From: Eledone cirrhosa
Lineage: Eukaryota
Direction: 5' to 3'
Assembly: GCA_964016885.1 (NCBI GenBank)
Contig: OZ024751.1
Coordinates: 36,084,001-36,148,000, forward strand
DNA length: 64,000 nucleotides
Below the pieces are notes generated by a model, which worked only from the letters and a program-made list of their open reading frames with translations, was not told the DNA's origin and ran no database searches. Position 1 is the stretch's first letter. The number at the start of each line of letters is the position of its first letter. This document shows, piece after piece, positions 29,452 through 41,292 of the stretch. The position numbers and the translations under genes were made by a program.

Positions 29452-29730
29452 ATATAAAACCAGTTAGCTATTAATTGATTTGTTTAGCCATTAAATAAAC
29501 TAATTAGCTGATAATTAAATGGGCTAGCTGTTAATCAAACAGTTTATCTATTAAATAAAGTCGTTAGCTAGTAAATAAACTGGTTAGTCGTTGATTAAAT
29601 AGGGAAGCAGTTAAGGAAAAACTGGGTTGTTGTTAAATAAACTAGTTAGTTAGTAAATAATATAAGCCGTTATTTAAACCGGTTAGCTAGTAGATTAAAC
29701 TGGTTAGCTGAACATTTAACTGGTTAAACT
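29452..29730. repeat. Degenerate ~20-bp minisatellite (taaataaactggttagctag-like)
   Basis: ttagct/aaataaact motifs recur at ~20-bp spacing. Confidence 0.7.
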
Positions 29731-30011
29731 ACTAACAATTACATAGAACCCCGTTCTCATATAAATAGTGACTATGTGATGAATGAAATAACATGATGTA
29801 TACACAACTCGCCTCGGAAAAAACAAATACTTGTGTAAACAAACACACGCATGCGCACGCAAACACACACAAAAAAACGCAAAAAAAACCACAAGCAAAA
29901 CAAAACAGAAGTATACCTATAAATACGTGTGAATGTGTGTATAAACGATATATATATATATATATACATGCTTAAACACACACACGGGCGCTTACAGGCA
30001 TATACGTATAT

Positions 30012-30056
<45 letters not shown>

Positions 30057-30092
30057 CAGAGAGAACATGAGGGAAAGAGAGAGGAAAGAGTG

Positions 30093-30420
30093 TATATATA
30101 TATAAATATATATATATAAATATAAATATATATATATATAAAATATATATATATATATAATATATGTATAAAATATATATATATATAATATATGTATAAA
30201 ATATATATATATATAATATATGTATAATATATATATATATAAATATAATATATATATATATAAATATAATATATATATATATTATATATATATTATATAT
30301 ATAATATATATATAATATATATATATATTATATATATATTATATATATATAATATATATATATATAATATATATATAATATATATATATATATAATATAT
30401 ATATTATATATATAATATAT

Positions 30421-30452
<32 letters not shown>

Positions 30453-30514
30453 ATATATATATATATATAATATATATATATATAATATATATATATATAT
30501 AATATATATATATA

Positions 30515-30560
<46 letters not shown>
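30093..30560. repeat. (TA)n/(TATAA) microsatellite
   Basis: Direct reading; flanked by a duplicated acagagaRaacatgagggaaagagagaggaaa. Confidence 0.95.
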
Positions 30561-30565
<5 letters not shown>

Positions 30566-30915
30566 GAAAACATGAGGGAAAGAGAGAGGAAAAAGGGAGG
30601 AAGGAGAGAGAGGGGGGGGGGAGACTAAGAGAATGTGAGAGAAAGAGACGAGAAATGTGAAAAACCCAACAGAGAGAGGAGGTGATAAAAAGATAAACAA
30701 TTTGGTTAGCTGAACCAGCTGAAAGACTTATTAGTGAGAGAAGTTATGTGCAGCAGACCACAACTAGATCATATCGAATGTATGTTTGGTGTGATTGAAA
30801 ATCTCGTCTGGGCCTCTATGGAGAATACTGCCTATGTGGCGAGACGTTCATCAAAACATTGCATTGATGTCATTGAAAGCTATACATACATATATCATAT
30901 ATACATATACATATA

Positions 30916-30954
<39 letters not shown>

Positions 30955-31086
30955 TACTGTACGTCTGTGTACATATATGTATGTACGTATACATACTTAT
31001 ATTTAAGTAACAGCCGTACTAAGAGTGAGAAATGAAATTTCGTTTCATTTTTTTCCGTTTATATATATATATATATATGTGTATAT

Positions 31087-31117
<31 letters not shown>

Positions 31118-31699
31118 CAGGCCGACATAGTTGTCGATTCATATGAATGTAATGGCGGTCAAATATATCACACGTTTATTTGTAGGCAAAGACACGAACA
31201 TACATCCATATAAATATATATATACACACACACCTATCTATATATATATATATATATGCAAATATACCGATATTTTTTGCGTGTCTATTTACCTATGAGT
31301 AGCTATGTAAATATACAGATTAAAGTCATATTCACATATACATACATTAGTATGTATATATACAAAAGTACACACACACATACACACATACATATATATG
31401 TGTGTGTATATTTGTGTGTATGTTTGTGTGTATGTGTGTGTGCCTGCTTGTGTATTTGTGAGTGAGTTTAGTATTTGTCAATGTGTGTGAATATGTATTT
31501 GTAGCATCAAAAACATATACAACCATCCGCATAATTAAAAGGATGTATAAGTAGAGAGCTACATTGGCCAATAGAATTTACTACTTATATTTACATTTAG
31601 GTGAATAATCGCATAATAATTCTAATAGAAATTCCGCATTATTCCATTGATTATATTGAAACACATCTAGGTAAGTGCATTCATCTTGAGTTAGCTGCT

Positions 31700-31773
<74 letters not shown>

Positions 31774-31931
31774 ACATACATATATATATATATATATATA
31801 TAATATGTATGTATGCAATATATATGTATATATTTTATTTATATATAGGGAAAACTGATATTTATTTGAAGATGCACCAGATGTGTTTTGTTTCTAGATA
31901 CATGCAAATTTACAGTGCAGAACGAATAGAG

Positions 31932-32171
31932 ATTAGTTCATACAAAATATATTATAATGTTGTTACAAAATGTGGGTCTTGATAAATGAATCATGGTTAA
32001 CAATTTGCTTATGAACTGACCGGTTTCAGCTCTTTGTAGTTTTTCAAAGGTTCTATCTCAATTATCAAATTGACCTCCTGGTCTACTAGTCTAAGAAACT
32101 GTGTAACTATGATTGCGTTTCTTCCTCGCCGTGTTTGTAAAAACAAATACAATATATTTTGTATGAACTAA
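31932..32171 (-). mobile_element. Penelope-like fragment with terminal inverted repeat and degenerate minimal hammerhead (32013-32053)
   Basis: Inverted repeat ttagttcatacaaaatatatt / aatatattttgtatgaactaa (21 bp perfect, ~40 bp imperfect). Inside, the minus strand reads gaacct-TTGAAAA...agct-GAAA-ccgg-TC-agttc with a palindromic stem III. Confidence 0.5.
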
Positions 32172-32188
32172 ATTTCGTTCTTCATATG

Positions 32189-32226
<38 letters not shown>

Positions 32227-32271
32227 ACGAAACATAAGTCAATTGCATGAACTCATAATCCTTTATTTACT

Positions 32272-32383
32272 GCTATATGCATATATATATGTATATATAT
32301 GTATATATATATATACATATATATGTATATATATATATACATATATATGTATATATATATATACATATATATACATATATATG

Positions 32384-32463
<80 letters not shown>

Positions 32464-32575
32464 TATATATGTATATATATATATATACATATATATGTAT
32501 ATATATATATATATGTATATATATATGTATATATATATATATACATATATATGTATATATATATATATATACATA

Positions 32576-32617
<42 letters not shown>

Positions 32618-32618
32618 C

Positions 32619-32671
<53 letters not shown>

Positions 32672-32738
32672 CATATATATATGTATATATATATATATAT
32701 ATACATATACGTATATATATACATATATATATATATAC

Positions 32739-32787
<49 letters not shown>

Positions 32788-32791
32788 TATA

Positions 32792-32837
<46 letters not shown>

Positions 32838-32841
32838 TATA

Positions 32842-32889
<48 letters not shown>

Positions 32890-32912
32890 AAAAAGGCATG
32901 TTCGTTATATAC

Positions 32913-32943
<31 letters not shown>

Positions 32944-32986
32944 CATATATATATACATATATATATATAGAAAAGAGGCATGTTCG

Positions 32987-33037
<51 letters not shown>
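32272..33037. repeat. (TA)n/(TATG)/(TACA) microsatellite
   Basis: Direct reading. Confidence 0.97.
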
Positions 33038-33038
<1 letters not shown>

Positions 33039-33426
33039 CGTACATGTCTCTTTTCTTCAATATCCATATCAAGGAACTTTGTAAGTTACTTGGAAGGATT
33101 TGGAAAGTAGCACCTGTTTTCGATCGACATAAACAATATTTCTTTATCAAGATATTACTAAGAACCACCCCCACTACCCCCACCCCCACCCCACCCCCAC
33201 CCCCACCAACAACAACAAAAACAAAAACAAAGCACAGAAACCTTACATAGATAATGGAATATCCGATAATAATCTTGAAAGTTAATTAAGCATATATCTA
33301 CTTTTTTCTTTATTAATTTTTCTCAAATTTGCATTTTCAAATCTCTCTCTCACTCTCTCTCCCTCTCTCTCACACACACATACACACATACATAAATACA
33401 TACACATGTATATATGTATATATACA

Positions 33427-33484
<58 letters not shown>

Positions 33485-33510
33485 TGCATACATACATATA
33501 TATATATACA

Positions 33511-33573
33511 TGATGGCTGCCCCCTCGTTATCGAGTATGGCCATTGCACAATAAAAAAAAAAAAAAAAAAAAA

Positions 33574-33627
<54 letters not shown>

Positions 33628-33657
33628 GAAAAAAAAAAAAAAAAAAAAAAAGGGAAA

Positions 33658-33694
<37 letters not shown>

Positions 33695-33816
33695 TATACA
33701 TATATATATACATACACATATATATACACACACACATACATACACATACATACATATATACACACACACATACATACACATACACTCACACATATATACA
33801 CACATACATTAATAAC

Positions 33817-33856
<40 letters not shown>

Positions 33857-33935
33857 GCAATAATATTAATAACGACAACAACAACAATAATATACATATT
33901 CATATATATATACACACACACGCACGCACATAAGC

Positions 33936-33973
<38 letters not shown>

Positions 33974-36900
33974 GATAGCAACTAACAGTGCTGCGATCGA
34001 ATGTGGCTTTTTAGCCCAGCCAATGATCTAAAATGTCTTGCACAGAGTCGGCAACCAAAACATTTACTGGGAATAGTCGGCTGTGGTTGGAGTTCGTGTA
34101 CTTTTGCATGTCGCTTGAGTCCTCCTGCTGATTTACATTCTCTACCACATGTTTGGCAAGCATGATGAGTAGCATCTCCAACAGCAGCCTGGTAGTCAAC
34201 CACTGGTCTTACTTTATGACTGCGAAGATGACTTTCGAGTCCAGCTTTGCTTAGGCAGAGTCTCGCACAGACGCTGCATGTCAGAAACATAGGAGGACCC
34301 TCGCCGTCTGGAAGTGCAACAGCAATACCCTTCCTCACGTCCCGCTTTACTTTCTCGTGTGCGATTCGAGATGCCTCAAAGGCAACTTTTCCCTCATATA
34401 CAGTCTTTCTCCATTTATTACGATCAGCAGCAATATTTTCCCATGTATCAGCAGAGATGTTAGCGTCTCTCAGAGAGGCCTTCAAGGAATCCTTATACCT
34501 CTTTTTTGGTTTATGTGGCGGTCGTTTTCCTTTAACCAACTCTCCATAGAAGAGTTGTTTTGGTATTCTAGAATCCTTCATCCTGGCAAGGTGACCACTC
34601 CAACGGAGTCGCTGCTTAAGCACAAGAGCTTCTATACTGTCACACATAGAGCTTTCCAAAATCTCGACATCACTGATGTGGTCCCTCCAGCGAACGCCAT
34701 GTATCCGTCTGAGACACATCTGATGGAAACGCTCCAATTGCCTAAGGTGGCGTCGATATGTGACCCAGGTCTCGCAGGCATAAAGAAGACAAGAGAGTAC
34801 ACATGCCCTGTACACCCTTACCTTTGTCCTCCTGCATATGTCTCGCCGACCCCAGAGTCGCCTTTCTAGCTTTCCGAAAGCATCACTTGCTTTCCTAATC
34901 CTAAGTGAAATTTCACCGTCAAGGTTGCCGTATCGATTGACAGTGCTTCCCAGGTAGACAAACTGATCAACCACTCCAAGTCGTTTGCCATACACATAGA
35001 TGTTTGGTTCAGTGTACTGCCTACCAGGTGCAGGTTGGTACATGACGACGGTTTTCTTGAGACTGACAGTCAAACCCAGGGCAGTGCAAGCGTCAGAAAA
35101 TACATTCAAAATGTGCTGCATATCACTCTCTGTGTGCGCTACAAGATCGCAATCATCTGCATACAAGAGGTCTCTTATGACCGATGTAAATACCTTTGTC
35201 TTCGCAGCAAAGCGCCTGATGTTAAATATGCTGCCTGAGGTTCGATATCGGATGTAAACACCATGCTCGCAATTCCTGAATGCAACACAGAAAACCATTG
35301 CAAAGTATATGGCAAACAGGGTCGGTGCTGGAATATCCCCCTGTTTCACTCCATTTTTTACTGAGATAGGCTCCGACATGTTACCTCCGACATTAACCCA
35401 AGCCTTCATGTCGTCATGGAAAGACCTAACTAAAGCAAGGAACTTATCAGGGCAACCAAGTTTCTGGAGAATCTTCCATAATGCATCTCTGTTGACAGTA
35501 TCGAAAGCCTTTGTCAGATCGACAAAAACCTGATACAGATCCAAGCCCTGTTCAATGCACTTCTCCTGGAGCTGTCTAGCTGAGAAGATCATATCAGTAG
35601 TGCCGCGTCCAACACGAAAACCAGATTGACTTTCAGGAAGGACACAATCTGCAATGTGTGTCAGCAGACGGTCCAGAAGCACCCTACATAAAACTTTCCC
35701 CACGACAGAAAGCAATGATATACCTCTGTAGTTCCCACAATAATTCCTGTTACCCTTTCCCTTGTACAAGACCACCATTACTGCATCTCTCCAGTCCTCA
35801 GGCACGGATTCATTAGCCCATATCCTTCCAAACAGAGAGTGAAGATGTTGCAGGAGTCTCTCACCACCATATTGTAGGAGCTCAGCATGTATGCCATCCA
35901 TACCTGGAGATCTTCCACTGTTCAGCTTCGAAATAGCCACTGCAACCTCCACAAGTGTCGGAGGTTCTGCGAGAGCTACTTTCACAGGACTTTCCGGAAT
36001 GAGATTGAGGAAATCTTCACTGACGACAGACGGCTGATTCAAAAGATCATCAAAGTGCTCTCGCCACCTTCGTAGAATTCCCTGTGAGTCACGAAGAAGT
36101 TCTTTGCCATCCCTGCTGCGAATCGGTGTCACCAGAGAAGAAGACGGTCCATAAACCTCACGCAAGAGACTGTACAACAGCTTTGTGTTATTGCAATCAG
36201 ACGCAGTTTGTATCTCACCAGCCTTCTCACTCCACCACTGATCCTTCATCTGAGAAAGACTCCGCCTAACACGTGATTTTACATCCCTGAGCTCCTCATG
36301 CAACGTATTCCTCTCCTGTGGTTTTGCCGTCAAGTAGCGTGACAGAGCACGCCTCTTATCAGCCAACAAGTCTTCTATATGTACATCATTCTCATTAAAC
36401 CAGTCCTGATGTTTTCTCTGCACCAATCCCAGAACACGCCTGCCTACATCATAAACCGACTTTTTAAGGGTCGGCCAATCCTCACCAAGATCTGCAGCCT
36501 GCATCTCTTCTTCCAATGTCCTCTTCACATTTTTATCCTTAAGACGAGCAGCATTCAATCTTTTGGGCAGGGTAACACCAGGAGCCCGGATTTTACGTTT
36601 GGTGATTAGATTCACTTTTGCGCGCACCAGGCGGTGGTCCGTCCAGCACTCAGCTCCACGAAGAACACGAACACACTGCACATCCTGTCTGTCACGCATC
36701 CTGACTAGGACGTAGTCCAAAAGATGCCATTCCTTAGATGCAGGATGCATCCATGTGGTCTTGAATTTGTTCTTTTGTTGGAACATGGTGTTGGTAACAC
36801 ACAGATCCAGCTCCTCACACATCTGCAGCAAGAGCATACCATTGCTGTTACACTTTCCCACCCCATGCCTTCCGATTACATTCCATGTGTTAAAATCCCT

Positions 36901-37535
36901 ACCCACTCTAGCATTAAAGTCACCAAGCACGATGACTTTGTCTGCCTGAGGGATATTTCTTAAAACACCTTTCAAGGCATGGTAAAAGGACAGTTTTTCT
37001 TCATCGACAGAATTCATAGTTGGAGCATACACACTCACCAGGGTAGCATATCTTCCCTTGTCCAGCGGAACTCTCATGGACATAAGACGCTCACTAATCC
37101 CCACTGGGAATTCTTCTAATTTATTCACCAGTACAGTCTTAACAGCAAATCCCACCCCAGCCTCTCTTCTGGTTCCTTCATCTCTTCCTTTCCAGAAGAA
37201 TGTATATTCTCCACAAAATTCCGCAAGATGACCATCTCCAGCTAACCTCGTCTCAGACAAAGCCACGATGTCAAGATCGTAACGTCGAAGCTCCTTCGCA
37301 ACAAGAGCGGTCCTTCGTTCAGGACGCTCCAAAGAATCCCCGTCAAGCAGCGTCCGTACGTTCCAGCAGCCAAGACTAAATGCCCTGTTTGGCTCTATTA
37401 CAATGGCACGATGACGGGCGGGCCCAGGTTGTGATAACTTGGGGCCCCTGCCCTTATTGCCAATGATCTCTTTTGTTCCAGAACCCAAATTGGCAATTAT
37501 CTCGTTTACATTGTTCTGGAACATCATTGAATTGG

Positions 37536-37572
<37 letters not shown>

Positions 37573-37577
37573 TAATA

Positions 37578-37612
<35 letters not shown>

Positions 37613-37915
37613 ACACTATTAATAATTATTAATGCACTCGTGCAATGCCTGTGCGTGACGAATATTTTTAAAGTGAGGAAAGACTGTGCACTGAACCAAT
37701 CCCACTCTCTGAGCGACAGTAGCTATAACCCGAAAAGAAGAAAAGATCAACATCATCGGTAACTACTGAGCCGCAGGTTTTATATCGGAGTTAACCCAGT
37801 TTCCTGAGATGCCTTCTCCTAGAAGAATACCCTGACATGGGCTAGGGGTTCTTCACTCCCAGTGGTTTAACTGCGCGATCGGGCATCCAGCCCGATTATT
37901 TCTATGTCCCCGCGC
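33511..37915 (-). mobile_element. Full-length RTE LINE (5' UTR ~37528-37915, ORF, microsatellite-rich 3' UTR, conserved 3' terminal motif 33511-33549)
   Basis: Both ends are defined by homology with the short copy at 57904-58240. The 5' UTR carries an RTE-type 'ctaggagaaggc..ctc' motif. The 3' end has a ctcg-ataa-cgag stem-loop followed by a TA/TATG microsatellite tail. No TSD could be resolved. Confidence 0.88.
33982..37527 (-). CDS. RTE-clade non-LTR retrotransposon ORF (1181 aa): APE endonuclease + reverse transcriptase + 3 C-terminal C2H2 zinc fingers
   Basis: Uninterrupted ORF. APE motifs WNVRTL, ALSETR, VYAPT, LGDFNARVG, LLDYVL, TDHRLV. RT motifs YRGISLLSVVGK, FVDLTKAFDTVNR, GVKQGD, LLYADD, FVYLGS. 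N-terminal 'RPERRTALVAKELRRYDLDIVALSETR' is typical of RTE/BovB-like elements. Fingers: CSVC..HLRSH, CQTC..HAKVH, CRLC..HIRSQH. Confidence 0.97.
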   Translation of the reverse strand: MMFQNNVNEIIANLGSGTKEIIGNKGRGPKLSQPGPARHRAIVIEPNRAFSLGCWNVRTLLDGDSLERPERRTALVAKELRRYDLDIVALSETRLAGDGHLAEFCGEYTFFWKGRDEGTRREAGVGFAVKTVLVNKLEEFPVGISERLMSMRVPLDKGRYATLVSVYAPTMNSVDEEKLSFYHALKGVLRNIPQADKVIVLGDFNARVGRDFNTWNVIGRHGVGKCNSNGMLLLQMCEELDLCVTNTMFQQKNKFKTTWMHPASKEWHLLDYVLVRMRDRQDVQCVRVLRGAECWTDHRLVRAKVNLITKRKIRAPGVTLPKRLNAARLKDKNVKRTLEEEMQAADLGEDWPTLKKSVYDVGRRVLGLVQRKHQDWFNENDVHIEDLLADKRRALSRYLTAKPQERNTLHEELRDVKSRVRRSLSQMKDQWWSEKAGEIQTASDCNNTKLLYSLLREVYGPSSSLVTPIRSRDGKELLRDSQGILRRWREHFDDLLNQPSVVSEDFLNLIPESPVKVALAEPPTLVEVAVAISKLNSGRSPGMDGIHAELLQYGGERLLQHLHSLFGRIWANESVPEDWRDAVMVVLYKGKGNRNYCGNYRGISLLSVVGKVLCRVLLDRLLTHIADCVLPESQSGFRVGRGTTDMIFSARQLQEKCIEQGLDLYQVFVDLTKAFDTVNRDALWKILQKLGCPDKFLALVRSFHDDMKAWVNVGGNMSEPISVKNGVKQGDIPAPTLFAIYFAMVFCVAFRNCEHGVYIRYRTSGSIFNIRRFAAKTKVFTSVIRDLLYADDCDLVAHTESDMQHILNVFSDACTALGLTVSLKKTVVMYQPAPGRQYTEPNIYVYGKRLGVVDQFVYLGSTVNRYGNLDGEISLRIRKASDAFGKLERRLWGRRDICRRTKVRVYRACVLSCLLYACETWVTYRRHLRQLERFHQMCLRRIHGVRWRDHISDVEILESSMCDSIEALVLKQRLRWSGHLARMKDSRIPKQLFYGELVKGKRPPHKPKKRYKDSLKASLRDANISADTWENIAADRNKWRKTVYEGKVAFEASRIAHEKVKRDVRKGIAVALPDGEGPPMFLTCSVCARLCLSKAGLESHLRSHKVRPVVDYQAAVGDATHHACQTCGRECKSAGGLKRHAKVHELQPQPTIPSKCFGCRLCARHFRSLAGLKSHIRSQHC

Positions 37916-38367
37916 AAAAAAAAAAAAAAAAAAAAAAAATTACTTATTGACACTTATACGTACGACATACACACACACGCATACATATGCGTGCACACAG
38001 CAACACTCACACACACAACAAACACACACACACGCTACTCTACTCACTTACACGCACACACACACATATATATATATATATTACCGTCATTACTGATACA
38101 AGATTACCAGATTATGTCAACTGTTGACTTTCAAGAGTTTGTATAGTTGAAGCCGATCGTATTACAGTCCAGTATTACTATAATTGCTTTACAGCATAGA
38201 GTTATGGCTCTCCACGGAGTCAACAAAAGAGAGTACCAGTGATGCGCTGGCCAGTCGCTGGATCCGTGCCAAAAGCAGAAAAATTATTATTAAAGTTGTT
38301 CTTAAGGTCGCTGGTGATGGTGATGGCGACGGCGGTGGCGGTGGTGGCAGTTGATGTTGTTGTTCTG

Positions 38368-38410
<43 letters not shown>

Positions 38411-38448
38411 GTTATTTTGAGTTTTTCTTTTCCTTTCTTTTTTTTTCT

Positions 38449-38481
<33 letters not shown>

Positions 38482-39372
38482 CCCCTTCCCTTTTCTTTTT
38501 TCTTTTCCCTTCCTACATACATGCATACATACATACATATATATATATACATACATGCATACATACATACATACATATATACATACATGCATACATACAT
38601 ACATACATATATATATACATACATGCATACATACATACATATATATATACATACATGCATACATACATACATACATATATATATAAGACGAGTTACTGTA
38701 TACTCTGATTCTCCTTAATTCAAAAGGTGCCTGGCACTGACTGACGAAATATTTTGTACTTGCGAACCGTAAACATACAACGAAATATACAATATTTAAA
38801 CATATCTACTAAAATATTTAATCTGATAAACCTTTATAGAGAGCGCCATATAAAACGCCCCATTGGAGCATAAATTATCAATGTTTTGTCCAGAAACATG
38901 GCTAATTTCTTGTAGTTTGCCGTCGAATGGTTTCTAGTGTTACTAAAATTAGTTGTTCTACCACACGTAATCATCTGCTGTGAGAATTAAGTAAATCATA
39001 AATAAGATTTTATGTGATAGTCATTGTGTCTGAATAACTATTGAAAAGATTTAGTTTCGCCATGTTAAACCCACACATACTGTCTACGTTAAGTCAGTTA
39101 ATGAATTAAAGATACGTTTATTTAATTTATAAACTGCAATTTGAGATAACTAGACTACGCATTCATCTACATATTTTATTGAATATGAATATTCAATGCC
39201 CCGGAGGGGTGGTTTGATACAGAACCGACAATTACGAGTAGAATTAAAAGTGCATGTCTGTTATATCTAAGAGAACAAATACAAAGATCCCCCCAAACTC
39301 ACACAAGCGTATATTCATAGATATATTCATAGATATATTCATAGAAACACACACACACACACATATATATAT

Positions 39373-39403
<31 letters not shown>

Positions 39404-39731
39404 TACGTTCATACATAGACATAAATATTCTCACCCAAACTCACACACATATATCTACACACACACACACACACATATATATACGCATACATACATACAT
39501 ATATATATATACATATATACATACATTCATACACATACAAATTCTCTCGCAAACCCACGCACATATATTTAAACACACACACATATACATATATATATAT
39601 TTACATATAAACGTATACATATACATAAAAATCTCTCCCAAAGACATATTCATAGAGATATGTACATACATACACACAGATATATATATATACACACAGA
39701 GTAATACACACACACACACATACACAGAAAT

Positions 39732-39775
<44 letters not shown>

Positions 39776-39778
<3 letters not shown>

Positions 39779-39894
39779 GGAACGAGTAGGACCCTTGGGG
39801 TCCTACTCGTTCCTATTACCCACTCTACTACCCTAAGTATTGAGTACTTTGGTGCGTTATGGTCCACCTCGTTCCTTACCACATTTCCTTCGTT
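39776..39894 (+). mobile_element. Fold-back family F1, copy F
   Basis: ataggaacgagtaggaccc-ttg-gggtcctactcgttcctat followed by the tail; opposite orientation to copies A-E; TA flanks. Confidence 0.85.
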
Positions 39895-40303
39895 ATATAT
39901 ATAGTATCTTTTATCTTTTAATATGAATGTAATCTCTAAATGTGTGCTGCCACACTAAATGCTGTAATGGATGTTGACCCACAATATTTGCATATGTATC
40001 TGTATGTCTCTTGGGTTGAAAAGGAGGTCATATAAGTGTTCATTCAATAATAAATTGCTCCGAAGAATCCAAACCTCGGTTTGGAGGAAACAGTTGTAAG
40101 CATAAAAATGTTTTGAACAGTTCTTTGATTCTTATAATTCATATAACTGCTCTGTAAATCATCTGATGTTATTACATTGAGCTATTTAACTTACTGGTAA
40201 TAAGGTAGTAATATATTACTGCCTATCACTATTTAGGGTTTGTAAAAATATATATAACTACAAAAGGTTTTTGTATTTGCATAACCATAAATAGTATACT
40301 TAA

Positions 40304-40381
<78 letters not shown>

Positions 40382-40412
40382 TGAAAGATCCGTTTGATTC
40401 TCAGTCTATACC

Positions 40413-40475
40413 ATTCTGACTAGCAAACTATCTTCGATTGCCCAGATTATCACCTATCTCTCGTCATCAGGGAAT
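40413..40475 (-). ncRNA. Degenerate hammerhead ribozyme remnant
   Basis: Minus strand: attcc-CTGATGA-cga...tc-GAAG-atag-tttg-ctag-TC-agaat. Substitutions in the GAAA/stem III region and one stem I mismatch. Lies ~30 bp from a (TA)n array. Confidence 0.45.
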
Positions 40476-40723
40476 ATTCCTCTTTATCTCAATATCAGAA
40501 ATAAACGATGCACTGAGAACCTCTCTAGATATCAAACAAAACAAATGAAATATTCGTTAGATATCAATAAAGGCAATTAAAGATATCTTTAAGCTTTTGT
40601 TTACTTCATGCTTTCATAAATTCTATATGTGGAGTTACTGTTGAAGTTTAATCGTCCCCACCCTGTCTCCCGTGTCTCTAGTTTCCTCTGCCTACTCCCA
40701 CACACAGACTTCCCACCTCGTAT

Positions 40724-40776
<53 letters not shown>

Positions 40777-40794
40777 TTGTGTGTGTACAAACCA

Positions 40795-41052
<258 letters not shown>

Positions 41053-41204
41053 GTGTGTGTGTGTGTGTGTGTGTTTATCTGTGTGTCTGTGTCTATGTTT
41101 ATATTTATATACATGTGTGCGTGTTTGTGTGTTTATTAGTTGAATAAGTTTATATGAAAGAATCTCGGGACCTCTGTCAGATGTGTCTTGGAACATATAA
41201 ACTC

Positions 41205-41292
41205 GCATTTCTGACGAGATGTCGAAGATGCGTCGGACCCCATCATTTTATTGTATCCTGAACTGATCGATATCGAAACAATTGTAATATAC
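41205..41292 (+). ncRNA. Type I hammerhead ribozyme with long stem II, partly decayed stem I
   Basis: gcattt-CTGACGA-gatgtcga...tcgatatc-GAAA-caattg-TA-atatac. 8-bp stem II, palindromic stem III (ACAATTGT), stem I with 4 of 6 pairs. Followed by AATAAA and a ~45-nt tail. Confidence 0.65.

Noticed and set aside
29701-30714. tggttagctgaac direct repeats around ~1 kb
   Set aside because: The motif is a unit of the adjacent minisatellite, so it is not reliable as a TSD.
34011-36963. Short ORFs overlapping the LINE on both strands
   Set aside because: Shadow frames of the RTE ORF.
33550-37637. ORF region as a spliced-out intron that would explain the short derivative
   Set aside because: No AG after the 3' poly-T tract, and homology with the derivative continues past the candidate GT.
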